DNA of 63,932 bases, filler included, from Hyphochytrium catenoides (GCA_900088475.1; 10 parts of 10 records of this genome joined end to end with filler, not necessarily neighbours in it); one strand, 5' to 3'. Positions 35,192 through 46,892 are shown, counted from the first letter of the whole stretch. Made by a program: numbers and translations. Notes: generated by a model from the sequence alone, not told the origin.

Positions 35192-36718
35192 ATGACGCAA
35201 AAAAGAAGCTGGTCATCACCGTCACTCCTTTCTTCTATCGTCCAAGCTAGCCTTCTGGCTGCCTTTCTTTGTGGTGGAACGGTCCCAGTAAGGGCTGATG
35301 TTCCTCAACTCAAGGTGTTGCCATCTCTGATCCCAGTTGACGCTAGATGCTCTGACCAGGTTGGCTGCATGGTCAAGGTTGATGGGATGACCTGGAACCT
35401 GCCTGCTATCACCACTTACACGTGGCAGAGCTGCAATGGCTCTACCTGTGTCCTTGCCAAAGGAAACAAGGGAGGAAGCAAAAGCATGTCTCCTTACTAT
35501 ATTCTTGACCACACAGATATAGGGCGGACCATCCAGGTGAAAATCCAGGGACAGTATATCTCGGATCTAAGCAAGGTTCACACGGTCGTCGGATCCTTCG
35601 TGGTAAAGGCGTTTGAGGGGACGAAAGGGCCATATCTTCAGTTTATCAACGGTCTTCCAGATCCTTCCCTCTCATCTAGTACTAGCTCCATCATTGAGTA
35701 CATGGTGACAACCGATAGCGCTGTCTCAGTAAACATCGTGGCAGATGGCGTCGTCCAGCCAGCAAACTTCAAGCAAAAGACGATCAGTGGAAACAACATA
35801 AACAGAATCCAGCTGAAGAACCTCAAGCCTGGGCCACATACCGTCCGGATAAATGCTGTCTCGGCCAACGGATTATCGCAGGAGATCTCTTACTCTTGGA
35901 CCACGCAGGCCGCTCCGGAGCCTCATCCTTGTACTTCCTGCCAGTGGAAACCGAAGGTTTCGGAGACTTGGGATTGGCAGCTGCAGGTTCCTGTCAACAC
36001 CGGTTTCGTCCGTGATGTGTATGATATAGATGGGCTTCTGAATAATAAGCAGGCAGTGAGTGGACTGAAGGCTAAGATGGGCAATGATGGCCTTCCCCGG
36101 CGTGTAATTGGCTACTTTGAGGCGGGCACTCTATCGGTCTGGAGAACGGACGCCGCGCAGTTCCCAGCCAACATCCTCGGCAACCCTTACGATCCTCCTT
36201 ACACTGACGAGCGCTGGATAGACTTCCGCCAGCTCTCTGCAATCCTTCCTTTGATGGAGAAGCGGCTAGATCAGCTGGTGGCGAGCGGCTTTGACGCTGT
36301 GGAGTTTGACAACATTGATGGATGGGATATCCAGCAGTATCGTACTTCTTTCCCTCTTACTTACGAAGATGGCGTAGCCTTCACCGCTGCCCTGGCTAAC
36401 CTCGCAAGATCTAAGGGCCTTCGTGTGTCTCACAAGAACAACTTTGTACAGGTCCAGGATAATCTGCCTTATGTCGACTTCGCCGTCAGCGAGCAGTGCT
36501 TCGAGTACGAGATGTGTGATTACCTCCTTCCCTTTATCAAGGCAGGAAAACCAGTCTTTGCCGTGGAATACAAGCCTTACAATGCCAAGAATAATGTCTG
36601 CAGCAAGGCCCGTGGATATGACATCCGCATGCTGTACAAGCAAACAGCATTGAACTCCTACGGGATCAACTGTGACGCCTCGAAAGCAGGTGGAAAGAGA
36701 AGGATGATGCGTGGATAA
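35192..36718 (+). CDS. Secreted GH114 endo-alpha-1,4-polygalactosaminidase with N-terminal Ig-like domains
   Basis: Signal-like N-terminus from ATG 35192, then beta-rich modules (TYTWQSCNGSTC...YYILDHTDIGRTIQVKI; LKPGPHTVRINAVSANG...SYSWT). GH114 motifs TWDWQL, VYDID, VIGYFEAGT, ERWIDFR, GFDAVEFDNIDG, KNN, FAVSEQCFEYEMC, GKPVFAVEY. Intronless. Confidence 0.93.
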   Translation: MTQKRSWSSPSLLSSIVQASLLAAFLCGGTVPVRADVPQLKVLPSLIPVDARCSDQVGCMVKVDGMTWNLPAITTYTWQSCNGSTCVLAKGNKGGSKSMSPYYILDHTDIGRTIQVKIQGQYISDLSKVHTVVGSFVVKAFEGTKGPYLQFINGLPDPSLSSSTSSIIEYMVTTDSAVSVNIVADGVVQPANFKQKTISGNNINRIQLKNLKPGPHTVRINAVSANGLSQEISYSWTTQAAPEPHPCTSCQWKPKVSETWDWQLQVPVNTGFVRDVYDIDGLLNNKQAVSGLKAKMGNDGLPRRVIGYFEAGTLSVWRTDAAQFPANILGNPYDPPYTDERWIDFRQLSAILPLMEKRLDQLVASGFDAVEFDNIDGWDIQQYRTSFPLTYEDGVAFTAALANLARSKGLRVSHKNNFVQVQDNLPYVDFAVSEQCFEYEMCDYLLPFIKAGKPVFAVEYKPYNAKNNVCSKARGYDIRMLYKQTALNSYGINCDASKAGGKRRMMRG

Positions 36719-37891
36719 GAAAGATGAAGCACCGATTGCCAGCATGCTGAGGCAAATGTGGGAGATTAGGCAGTGTCTATAACTTGTGGCAGAAGGATGA
36801 GCAAGGCCGCTTCGCAAGAGGTGATGAGAAAGAATGGCGAGCGGCTGGAGATGTTGGCGCGACATCTCTCGCCCCCGCTTGTATATTACTTTTTTTGAAA
36901 AACCAGTGAAGGAACGGATGGTAGTTGATAGGAGTTTAACTTACATAACCGGAGTAACAAACTGAATGTCTACTCAGCTCTCCTGCTGGATATAACTCTC
37001 TCATTTCTACTATGATGTCGAGTGAAGGCAGAGAATGAATTTTCTAACATTGAAGGACTCCTCCTTTGCAGTGCAGAGCGACCGAGGGTGGAAGGATGGA
37101 AATGATGGGACCAACCAGGTTAGCAAAAGGACGGTCAAACGACGGGACGAAGAAGAGCAAAGCTGAAGCTAGACCAAGATGTTGCTCGCATAGTACTACT
37201 ACCTGATGCATTGATAGTAGGAGATGGTGGTAAGCAGAATCGCAAGGAAGGATTGAACCAGAGCACTGTTGAACATCTTCGGTGCCTACCCCTATCATAT
37301 CTTTAGCGATGGAAAGTACCCTTGCCTTTCTTCTTCTGAGGATGGAAGCACCCATTCTAGTAGGGCCACTAGTAACCTCAATAGACAGCGGCGCGACAAA
37401 GATTCCGTACCAAAGCGAATTGAAAATTTCTCTTATGCACACGTTAGGGAGTAAGAGTCCACAATCCTGCTTGCCATACTTGTTGCCATCCTCCTCTTTC
37501 TGCTTGTGAACCCACCAACATTATCATCGTTCCATGCTCTCAGTTTCTCTGCTTTCTAGAATCATCAGAGCATGCGCAGCCGCATGATGGCGTTGCAATC
37601 TGGGAGGACAAGGTTGTTACCCTGATTTAGGTCTTCGTTCTAGAAGCAGCTGCAAGCGAGCGACGGCGGGAGAATCAGCATCATCAACACTGATCACGAG
37701 AGCGGGGTCGTTCGTAGAGGCGGCGCTGTCGTTGCTGTCTCTGTGCTGTCCTCTCCGTCCGTCGTCATCACACTCTTCTTCTTTGGTTTCCTACTTGGTG
37801 ACGGATTCTTCCTATTTCGTTTTCTTATCTTCTAGAAGCCCGACAGTACAGGTACCAGGAATGGGACATAAGGAACGAAGGGCAGCTTGCA

Positions 37892-38005
37892 TGATGTCGG
37901 CGTGACGCTGATGACGTCAGGACGCCTGGGATAACCCTAGCTACCTAACGTCATAGCCAGTGGTCACTAGATAATAGCGGGATGGTGCTCTTGGTGCTGA
38001 CGTCA
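37892..38005. promoter_or_regulatory. Cluster of CRE/ATF-like (TGACGTCA) motifs
   Basis: Perfect TGACGTCA at 37912-37919 and 37998-38005, plus half-sites TGACG (~37903) and ACGTCA (~37948). Confidence 0.3.
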
Positions 38006-40351
38006 ACTCCATCAAAAAACAGTAGTAATGATAGTAATAAGTAGAGGACGAACAGAACGCATAGCTCATGGTGGTGCCGTCGAGGGAAGAAGAAGAAGAT
38101 TATTATGTTGACGAGAAGGGAGAAGCCACCCTAACTTCTTGGCCATTTCAGGCCTATTGTGGCGTCCTCCGCCGCTCTTCAGTACATGGCCTTATCTTTT
38201 CCTCATCTTCTTTCCTTGGATGGATTGGTGGATGATGTGCTCCTTGTCGGCTTAGATTACATTGTTGCTTACCTGTTAGCTCCCTTTCAAACTTGGTCAT
38301 TCACCCATCTTGCGGGAACTGCTGCTGCTGCCGCACCGCCATCCATTGAACAACGGCGGATGATGGACATGCTCCCTGCTGCTGCTTCTAGAAGTCTCCA
38401 CGGTCCTACTAAGGGATCTTGCGGCCTGTTGGATGTCCAACCGGACGGGACTCCTTGGCTATTATTCTCACTCTTCCACAGCGCCGCCACTGCGTAGCAG
38501 GCTCCGTGTCTCTCTTGGACACTGTGGCCTTTCTCTCCGTTCTCCCTGCTTTTTCCTTCTTCTCCCTCTTCTGCTGTTATTAGGAGGTTTAGATCCTCAC
38601 CAACTTAACGCCATTTTCTTCCTCTTGTTCTCTGTCTGCGAGGGCTTTCCTCTCTCGCGCTTCTGGTTCTAAATATAATCCATTAAGAAGAGCACTCTGT
38701 CTGTCTCTTGTAATCGGTGAGCTCCTTCCGGTGCCGCTTGCTTCTGTTTCGTGGGAGTCCTGAAAGAATGGCCCAATGTGTGGGGAATATTCCCCATAAA
38801 CATTTCTTTCACTGGAAAGAATACAAGGACGCCAATCATAAACTAGTTGCGACAACTCAATTAAGGTTTGTTTCCAGAAACGTTCCGATTTGACCCTCCT
38901 TGGAAATTAAAGTATTTGGCCAAAGCAGGCCTCCTTTTCTCTCTCCCTTTGTGCCATTGTGACTTTTCTTCTTCTTCTACTCCTTGTACAAAAATGCAGC
39001 AAGAAGAAAGACAGAGTTCGACAGACAGACTGAGGAGAGAGATTTCTCCGTCCTTCAACTCCTTACAACCCCTAGTAAGTAGATAATGTGGTGACCTTAT
39101 TGTGTGAGAGAGAGAGGAAGAAGAGAAGAAAGGCAAAGAAGGAAGATCGAAGACGAAGAAGGAACAACAAGCTGCCTGGTTGTTGGCGGTAATGAGTAAT
39201 AAAGAAGCTCTTGCCATTTGCCTCGAGTTGAATGATGCTGCAAAAAAAGGAAGATGATGATGAGCAAAAGGAGTGGAGTCTGTGGAAGAAGAAAGCGGGT
39301 GACGTTAGGATGACGCGATGCTCCCGTAGTGGTACAAAGGCTTCCACAAATGATGATGAAAACAAAAGCCAGATTGTTGCACCTGCCCTCCTGCTGTTGT
39401 TGGCTTCGATGATAATTCCTTCCTACTTTTATTACTGTATCTCTGCGAAGAAGAAAAGTCCTGCTGCTGTTGTTGGTCCAAACGGACTTTTTGGATCTTT
39501 GTGCAAGCCTCCTCTCACTGCGCCCCATCCACCTAACACAACGTGATGGAAATAAAGTGGCTCCTCCTACTTCTTCGCCCTCTTCTCATCAGTTCCTCCG
39601 TGCTTTCTCCCGTGCTGTCAGCAACAACTAAGAGAAGAGACAGAATTCAAAAATCAAAAATTGAAGAATGGTACATAATAACAGCAGAAGAACAAAAGAA
39701 GAAGTGAACGATTGCATAACCAAAGTTCATGCCAAGGAAGACCCTTACCATTCCCCAAGAAAGCAGCAGGCACTTTGATGATCCTCCCCGTTATCTCCCT
39801 TTTGAAGGAACATTTTCCTTTTTTTCCTTCCTGCTCTTGCTTTGTTCTGGTTCCTGCCGACTATAGCTCTTCTTTCTTCGTGTCTCCTTATCCTCCTATC
39901 CCCGCACTGTTGTCCGCTGTTTGGTTCAGCAATGCACTGACTGACATCTATTTATTATTGATGGTTCGGTTGCGCATATACTCGCCAATCTTTTGGCCTT
40001 CCTCCATTACCAAGGCTGAACTTTCTTCTTGGCCATGTCTGTTGAGGCTTCTCATGATGCCAGCAGTAAAAAGACTTAAGAGATTTGTGTAAGTGTTCCA
40101 AACAGGTCTTTTGTACCTAGGAGCCCCAGTACCTTGAAAAGAGGAAGAGAGATATGGACAGAGAGTGAGACAGAGCGAAGGAGAAAACGGGAAACCAATA
40201 GTGGAAGCAGAAGGAAGAGACAAGGATGGAAGTGGAGGAAGAGTTGAATGAGATGGAAGAAAGACAAGAGATGAAGGCAGTTCCAAGTGAGAGAGAGAGA
40301 ACAAAGAGAGAAAGAGAAGAAAATAAGAGAGAGGAGAGAGAGAGAGAGAGA

Positions 40352-40451
40352 NNNNNNNNNNNNNNNNNNNNNNNNNNNNNNNNNNNNNNNNNNNNTTAAT
40401 TAATTAANNNNNNNNNNNNNNNNNNNNNNNNNNNNNNNNNNNNNNNNNNNN
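40352..40451. other. Artificial scaffold linker
   Basis: N44-TTAATTAATTAA-N44. Confidence 0.97.
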
Positions 40452-41071
40452 GCGATAGCCCCTCTTCTCTCTCTCCTTCTCATCTGAAAAGAGAAAAAGA
40501 AGAAAAGAGGGAGAGGATGAGAGAGCAAGGGGTAGAACTGAAGGAGAGAAAGAAGAGAGAGAAAAGAGAGAGAGAGAAGGAACAAAGAGAGAGAGAAGAG
40601 AGAAAGAGAAGAGAGATTCGCCGCCGTCTTCTTCGACATGTCAAAGAACCAGACGGAAGCTTTAAGCTCCTGGAGTTGGAAGAGGAAGAAAACCAAAAAG
40701 AGAATATGTGTCTCTCTCTCTCTTCTTCTCTCTCTCTTGGTCTCTCTCTCTCTCCTCACGTCCTGGAGGAGCACGAGAGAAGGAAAAGGGAGAGAGAGCT
40801 GTCCGTCCAAAAGGAGAGAGACATGGCAAAGAGAGTGGAAGAGATAAGGAAAAGAAAGTTCCTGGACGAAGAGCGGACAATGGTGAGGAGACGAGGAAGA
40901 CAGAGAGAAAGAAAAACAAAGACAAAGGTACACACTTCTCTCTCTCTCTCTTTCTCTCTCTCTCTTGCTCTCTCTTTCTTTCTGTCTACATCGGATTCTT
41001 CTTTACTGTTCAACCCTCAGTCCTTCTATCTCTTCGCTGTCTGACGCTTTCTCACCAACTTTCTCTCCCTG

Positions 41072-41107
<36 letters not shown>

Positions 41108-41597
41108 NNNNNNNNNNNNNNNNNNNNNNNNNNNNNNNNNNNNNNNNNNNNNNNTCTCTCTCTCTCTCTCTCTCTCTCTCCCTCTCTCTCCTCTCTGTCC
41201 CACCTTCCCCACCAGCGCCGCATTCCGAGCCCCCAGCGTCAGATTTTAGGACCAGCGCCATATATTGCAGGAGAAGACAAGAGAGAGAAACAGGAGAGAG
41301 AGACAATAAAACTAGAAGAGACTGACAGGATAGAGCAGAGAGAGCCAACCAGAACGAAAGAGAGAGAGGGAGAGAGGCGCCAGAAAGAGGAAGAAGGAAA
41401 AGAGGAGAGAGAGAAAAAGAGGAAGAAGGAAAGGAAGAAAGAGCGAGAGGGAGATAGGCGCCAGAAAGACGAAGAAGAAGCGAAGGGGGAGAGAGAGGAA
41501 AAGAGAGAGAAGGAAGGAAAGAAAGAAGAGAAAGGCGATCCCGTGGTAAGTGCGACTGTCCATCTCTCTCTCCGTGTGCGCGCTGATACTTGGTTTT

Positions 41598-41663
<66 letters not shown>

Positions 41664-42932
41664 TTTGTGTGTGTGTATGTCTCTCTTATTCTATCGTGTC
41701 TTCTCTCTTTCTGCGCTGAGACTGCTTCTCTCCCTCCGTGTCTCTCTCTCTCTTTGGCACACACTGGTGTACCGTCCCTGTAATATCTCAGACTTATGTA
41801 GCCTTCCCACTCGGGTTTTCTTTCTTTCTCTCTCTTTCTCTCTCTCTCTCTCTCTTTTTTCCTCTTTCTCTCCCTGCTCTTTCTCCCTTCGCTCTCTCCC
41901 TCTCTCTCCCGTGTCTCTCTTTCAAAGATTGTCTTTGACGTCGGCGGACTGCTGCATCGCTGCCTCCGCTCTCGGATATTGCAATATCCCGGTCGCCCTC
42001 TCGCTAATATTATCCATAGGAAAAAGCCCACCTGCAGGTTACTCTCTCTCTCTCTCTCTCTCTCTCGCTCTTTTCTCTCTCTCTTCCTCTCTCCCCTAGC
42101 TGCGCGGCTCAGGTCACCATTCTCTTCCCCTTCTTCTGCTGCGCTCTCTCTCTCTCTCTCTTTCTCCTCTTTTATCTCTGGCTTCCTCGCTTATCGCACT
42201 TCTCTCTGTTGTTGAGCCTCTCTCTCTCATGCTCTCTTCCACTGTTGCCCAGGCTCTTTCCTCTCTTATTCTCTTTATCCCTCTCCCGCTCTCTCCCTCT
42301 CTTTCTCATATATATGTATATACTTCGTCAACATCGTCTCTCCCTTTCTTTCTTTTTCTTTCTCTCTCTCTCTTTATCTCTCTCCAATGGTATCCCCGTC
42401 TTCATTTCCTCCTCTCTCTCTCTCATCTAGGTTTGCCGTGCGTCTTTGTCTCTCTTTTTTTAGTGAAATCTCTTCTCTTCTTCTCCATCTCTTGCTCCTA
42501 CCTCCTCTCTCTCTCTCTCTCTCCTACCTCCTCTCTCTCTCTCTCTCTCCACCCTCTCGTGTTCTCCTATTCCCCTCTCTCTCTCCCTCTCTCTCTCTTA
42601 TCCTTCTTCTCTCTCTGTCTCTCTCTCTCTCTTTTTTTCTCTCCCGTCATGTGTCTGTCTCTCTCTCTTCTAGGTATTTTGCTCTGGATTCGGCGCTAAC
42701 CTCGGATTCTGAGGCCTTTGAGATTATTCTCGGCTGGTATCGGACCGGAAGTGTGGATCTCAAGAGAGAGAGAGAGGGAGAGAGAGAAACACAGAAAGAG
42801 AGAGACAGACTCACGGAGAGAGAGAGACAGGGAGAAGAGAGAGAAAAGAAGAATGGAGAGAGAGAGTTAATGAAGAGAGTGCATGGCCTAGCGAAGAAGC
42901 TTCAGGTCTATGAGGATATGTTTCCCTTATAA
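40452..42932 (+). CDS. Charged coiled-coil protein with C-terminal BTB/POZ (KCTD/T1-type) domain, 5'-truncated
   Basis: Exons ~40452-40927, 41216-41545, 41928-42037 and 42674-42932 join in phase: ...EKGDPV|IVFDVGGLLHRCLRSRILQYPGRPLANIIHRKKPTCR|YFALDSALTSDSEAFEIILGWYRTGSV...VHGLAKKLQV. Fits the BTB pattern (VxFxVGG...YP..LA...YF.D...F..IL.WYRTG). Confidence 0.75.
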
Positions 42933-42979
42933 GAGGAAGAAGGCGAGGGAGACAGAAGGGAGAGAGAGAGAGAGAGACC

Positions 42980-43031
<52 letters not shown>

Positions 43032-43117
43032 AAGTAAAAGAGAGAGAGAGAGAGAGACAGAGAGACAGAGACAGAGAGAGAGAGAGAAAGTAAAAGCCCT
43101 GATAATCTTTATATAAA

Positions 43118-43492
43118 CTAAAGTAAGAGCCTATTTATAAAAGTGAAGAGTAAGAGAGGAACCTCTTGAGATAAGTGGGGGATAAGAGAGGGAGGGAGAG
43201 AATATAAGAGAGAGAGAGAGAGAGAGAGAGAAAGACGCAACAGTATATGATATAGGGCTTGAGAAGGAAGAGAGTCTCTTTCCGTGACCACTAAGGAAGT
43301 ATTCCAAGAGAGACGAGAGAAAGACCAATAAGAAAGAGGCCAAAGGTTGGTAAGACCCAAATAGAGAGACCAAGAGAACGAGGAAAAGAGGGGGAAGGGG
43401 GAGAGAGAGTGGGGAGAAAATTGCATTGAAGAATGGAGATCTTGAATTTGCACTAAAATTTATTCTAAGAAAAAGGAGAGATCGATAGCGAC

Positions 43493-43554
<62 letters not shown>

Positions 43555-43917
43555 TTGTCGCCGTGCTAATCTCCCTCATTTAAAACCATAGACGCCTAAC
43601 CAGAAAAGAGAGGCAAAGAGAAAGAAAGAGAGAGAGAGGACAAAGGGAGAGGAAGCATTTGGACACTAAGGGGAAGATGAGGGAGAGAGAGAGAGAGAGA
43701 GAAGTCCCGGCAGGGTCCTTCCTGCCAAGGCTCGCCTTGCAAACTTCTGTTGTGTAAATGTTAGGATTTCTGCTCCGTCTCCCTCTCCCTCCAGCGCTCC
43801 AAAATGAGCAAACCAGCGAAGAGTCTCTTCTCCATAGAGATAAAGCCGCGGGAGTTGTTTTCCTTCGGAAAAGAAGAGAGAAGATGACACAAAGGGAGGG
43901 GCAGAGAGAGAGCAACG

Positions 43918-43953
<36 letters not shown>

Positions 43954-44034
43954 AATATGCAGCCATTAGTTTCCTTTACAAGCAGTTCAGGAGAAGAAAG
44001 AGAGAGTAAAGTGAAGGAATGTTGGGAGCTAAGC

Positions 44035-44082
<48 letters not shown>

Positions 44083-44309
44083 CAGAGGGAGAGAATAAGA
44101 GAGAAACAGAAAGAGACAGCGCCTATCCCCAAAAGCAGTAAATAAGGATAAGACCATGCGAGAAAGTTACGTAGGTCGAAGGCAAAAGAGTATAAAAAAA
44201 GGGATAAAACAGAGAGAGAGAGAAAGAGAGAGAAAGACTCACTTTCTCCTTGGGCTGCCTCTTTCTCTTTCTCTCTTGCCAGCAGAGGCTCAAGAAGAGC
44301 CTTTGTCCC
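43118..44309 (-). CDS. Possible multi-exon gene fragment
   Basis: Non-repetitive islands between CT-rich (minus-sense) tracts, e.g. GKQLPRLYLYGEETLRWFAHFGALEGEGDGAEILTFTQQKFARRAL. The splice model is incomplete. Confidence 0.25.
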
Positions 44310-44409
44310 NNNNNNNNNNNNNNNNNNNNNNNNNNNNNNNNNNNNNNNNNNNNTTAATTAATTAANNNNNNNNNNNNNNNNNNNNNNNNNNNNNNNNNNN
44401 NNNNNNNNN
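44310..44409. other. Artificial scaffold linker
   Basis: N44-TTAATTAATTAA-N44. Confidence 0.97.
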
Positions 44410-44422
44410 AGAATGAGAGAGA

Positions 44423-44468
<46 letters not shown>

Positions 44469-44785
44469 GAGACAGAGAGACAGACAGAGAGAGGAGAGAG
44501 AGAGAGAGAGCGAGAGAAAGCAAAGTACAGCAAAAGTTGATAACTCCTCCTGAAGACTTGGCAGAAAGGAGAGCGAAGCAAAGAGAGACAAAGGACGTGA
44601 CAATGATCAGAGAGAGGTCATCCACGTAGGAAAGAGCGCTTGCACGAGAGTCAAAAAGAGAGAAAGAGATAAGCAGACAACACACTCTGCTTAACCCAGG
44701 TGACACCCAGGGAGAAGCGAGAGAGAGAGAGAGAAAGAGAAAGGACGAAGAGAGAAAGACAGCGCTACAGGCCCTGTCAGGAGAG

Positions 44786-45132
44786 ATGACAGGAGAGAGA
44801 GAGGAGCACCAGGAAGAGGAAGTGCCTCAGGTGACAGGTCCAGTTGTCTTCCAGTGCGAGAGCTGCCACACCATCATCGGAGACTCTCTCTCTCTCTCTC
44901 TCATGGACGCAGAAGCAAGGACTATCACACTGAAGGGTAAATGCAGAAGAGAGATCCCCTGGCCTTTCCCTCTCCCCCTTTCTCTCTCTATCTCTCTCTG
45001 TTTCTTGACTCTCTCTATTCCTCTCTCCTTCTCTCTCTCTTGCGCTCTGTCTATCTGCCTTTCTCTCTTTCTGCCTTGCCCTTAAAAATGCGTGGGTTCT
45101 CTCATCCTCTTACGCCTCTCCTCTTCGACTTT

Positions 45133-45176
<44 letters not shown>

Positions 45177-45331
45177 TCTTTCTCCCTCTCCTCAGCGGCC
45201 GTTAATATTATTCAGGACTCAGAGCTAACGACCTCAAAGCAAGGGAGAGACTTGGGAAGCACTTTCACAGCCATTCTCTGTGAAACATGCAAGGTACAAC
45301 AAGGCATGACGACTATAGAGAGAGAAAAGGG

Positions 45332-45363
<32 letters not shown>

Positions 45364-45917
45364 TGGAGAGAAAAAGCGAGCAAGGAAGAGGGAGACAGAG
45401 ATAGCAAAGAAAAGAGAGAGAGAGACCTCTCTGCTCTGGCCTAGCACGGTGCCTCTGTCCCTCCGCTGCTCTAGCCTGCAGGCGCTATGTCCTCTTTTCT
45501 TTTGTCCTATCTAGTGTTCCTCTGATCCTTCTCTCCCCGTCACCTATTTCTCTCCTTCTCTCTTTTCTCTCTCTCGGTCTCTATATCCCTCATCCCTACG
45601 CCCACACCTCCTCTTCTCTCCCTTTCACTCGCGTCCTCTCTGTCTCCTACCTCTCCCCCCCCCTCCCCCCTCTTTCTCTCAATCTTGGTGTCTCTCTCTC
45701 TCCCTCTCTCTCTTTGTCTCTTTTCTTTCTTTTTTCTCTCTCTCTCTTGCGCCCCCTCCCGTTTTGGTCTCTCTCTCTCTCTTTGTCTCTCTCTCTTTCT
45801 CTTTCATACACACACACATACACACCCTCTCTCTCTCTCTCTCTCTCTCTCTCAGTCTCCCTTAGGCCGTATCTACATCACAACTCCTCGCGCCCTGGAC
45901 AGACTCCGCGACCTCTT
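44786..45917 (+). CDS. MIS18: Mis18 (Yippee/Mis18 zinc-binding) centromere-licensing protein, 3'-truncated
   Basis: PVVFQCESCHTIIGDS...RTITLK|AAVNIIQDSELTTSKQGRDLGSTFTAILCETCK|SPLGRIYITTPRALDRLRDL: two CxxC motifs and the Mis18 GxxYxxTP...RDL motif. Confidence 0.88.
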
Positions 45918-46017
45918 NNNNNNNNNNNNNNNNNNNNNNNNNNNNNNNNNNNNNNNNNNNNTTAATTAATTAANNNNNNNNNNNNNNNNNNNNNNNNNNN
46001 NNNNNNNNNNNNNNNNN
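45918..46017. other. Artificial scaffold linker
   Basis: N44-TTAATTAATTAA-N44. Confidence 0.97.
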
Positions 46018-46859
46018 CTCTCTCTCTCTCTCTCTCTCCGTTGGTTCCTTTGCTGTCCGCGAGACAACGAGCAGGAAGAGACAAAGCAAAGGCTTTGTGT
46101 CCTCCCTTCTTCTACGAACACGCCAGTTTGCCCTCTAACACATTCTTTTATGGTCTGCTGTCTGTCTGACGGCCATCCGACGAGAGGAACATCTAGACCG
46201 TAGAGAAGAGAGAGGCGCTGGACAGAAGAGAGAGAAGACAATAATAAGAAGGTGGTTATGCACAGCAGCACCAACAGCCTCGTCAGCAGAGAGAGACAGA
46301 GGACACTAAAAAGAGGGGAGATTGAGAAGACAGAGCCCGATATCACACTATTTGTCTGGTCAACAGCAGCGCCCCGCTGTCTCATCCCCGCCCGCCGCTT
46401 ATCGCCACTGGAGAGAGACACTAAGCCTCGGATAACGAACGAATGTCGCTGCGTTCTCTTCTCTTCTCTTCTTCTGCTCCCTGCCAACTGTCCCGCGCCC
46501 GCCCAGCCAGCAGTTCTCCGCCTGCAGCAGAAGGGACCGGGGCACCTTCATCAGTATCATTTCCTAGGTAAAGAGGAGCCAAGCTAGCGGGCTGCTGGTG
46601 CGGGACTGGAAGTGGATGGCAAGGAGAGAGCGAGAGCGCGAAGGGGTACCGCCGACGCTCTCGAGGAGCCAGCACCGATGGCTTCTCTCTCTTTTTTTTC
46701 TCGTAAGGAGAAGAAGGGTTTGAGAAGATGGTGGTAGAGGAGGGAGAAGCTCCGAAGGGTAGGAGGAGGAGAAGGAGGACGAGGTTTGCAAGGAAAGTAT
46801 GCTTCAGACAGAGAGCGAAGAGACAAAAAGATATTGGGAAAGAGGTAGAGAGAGTTAGT

Positions 46860-46892
<33 letters not shown>

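Noticed and set aside
26574-40351. Bacterial contaminant scaffold explaining NlpC/P60 and GH114
   Set aside because: Low gene density, host-type GA/CT microsatellites, eukaryote-style Cys-rich modules and no operon structure argue for host DNA.
44560-44660. ALSYVDDLSLI on the minus strand as a reverse-transcriptase YxDD motif
   Set aside because: No other RT motifs or long ORF around it; likely chance.
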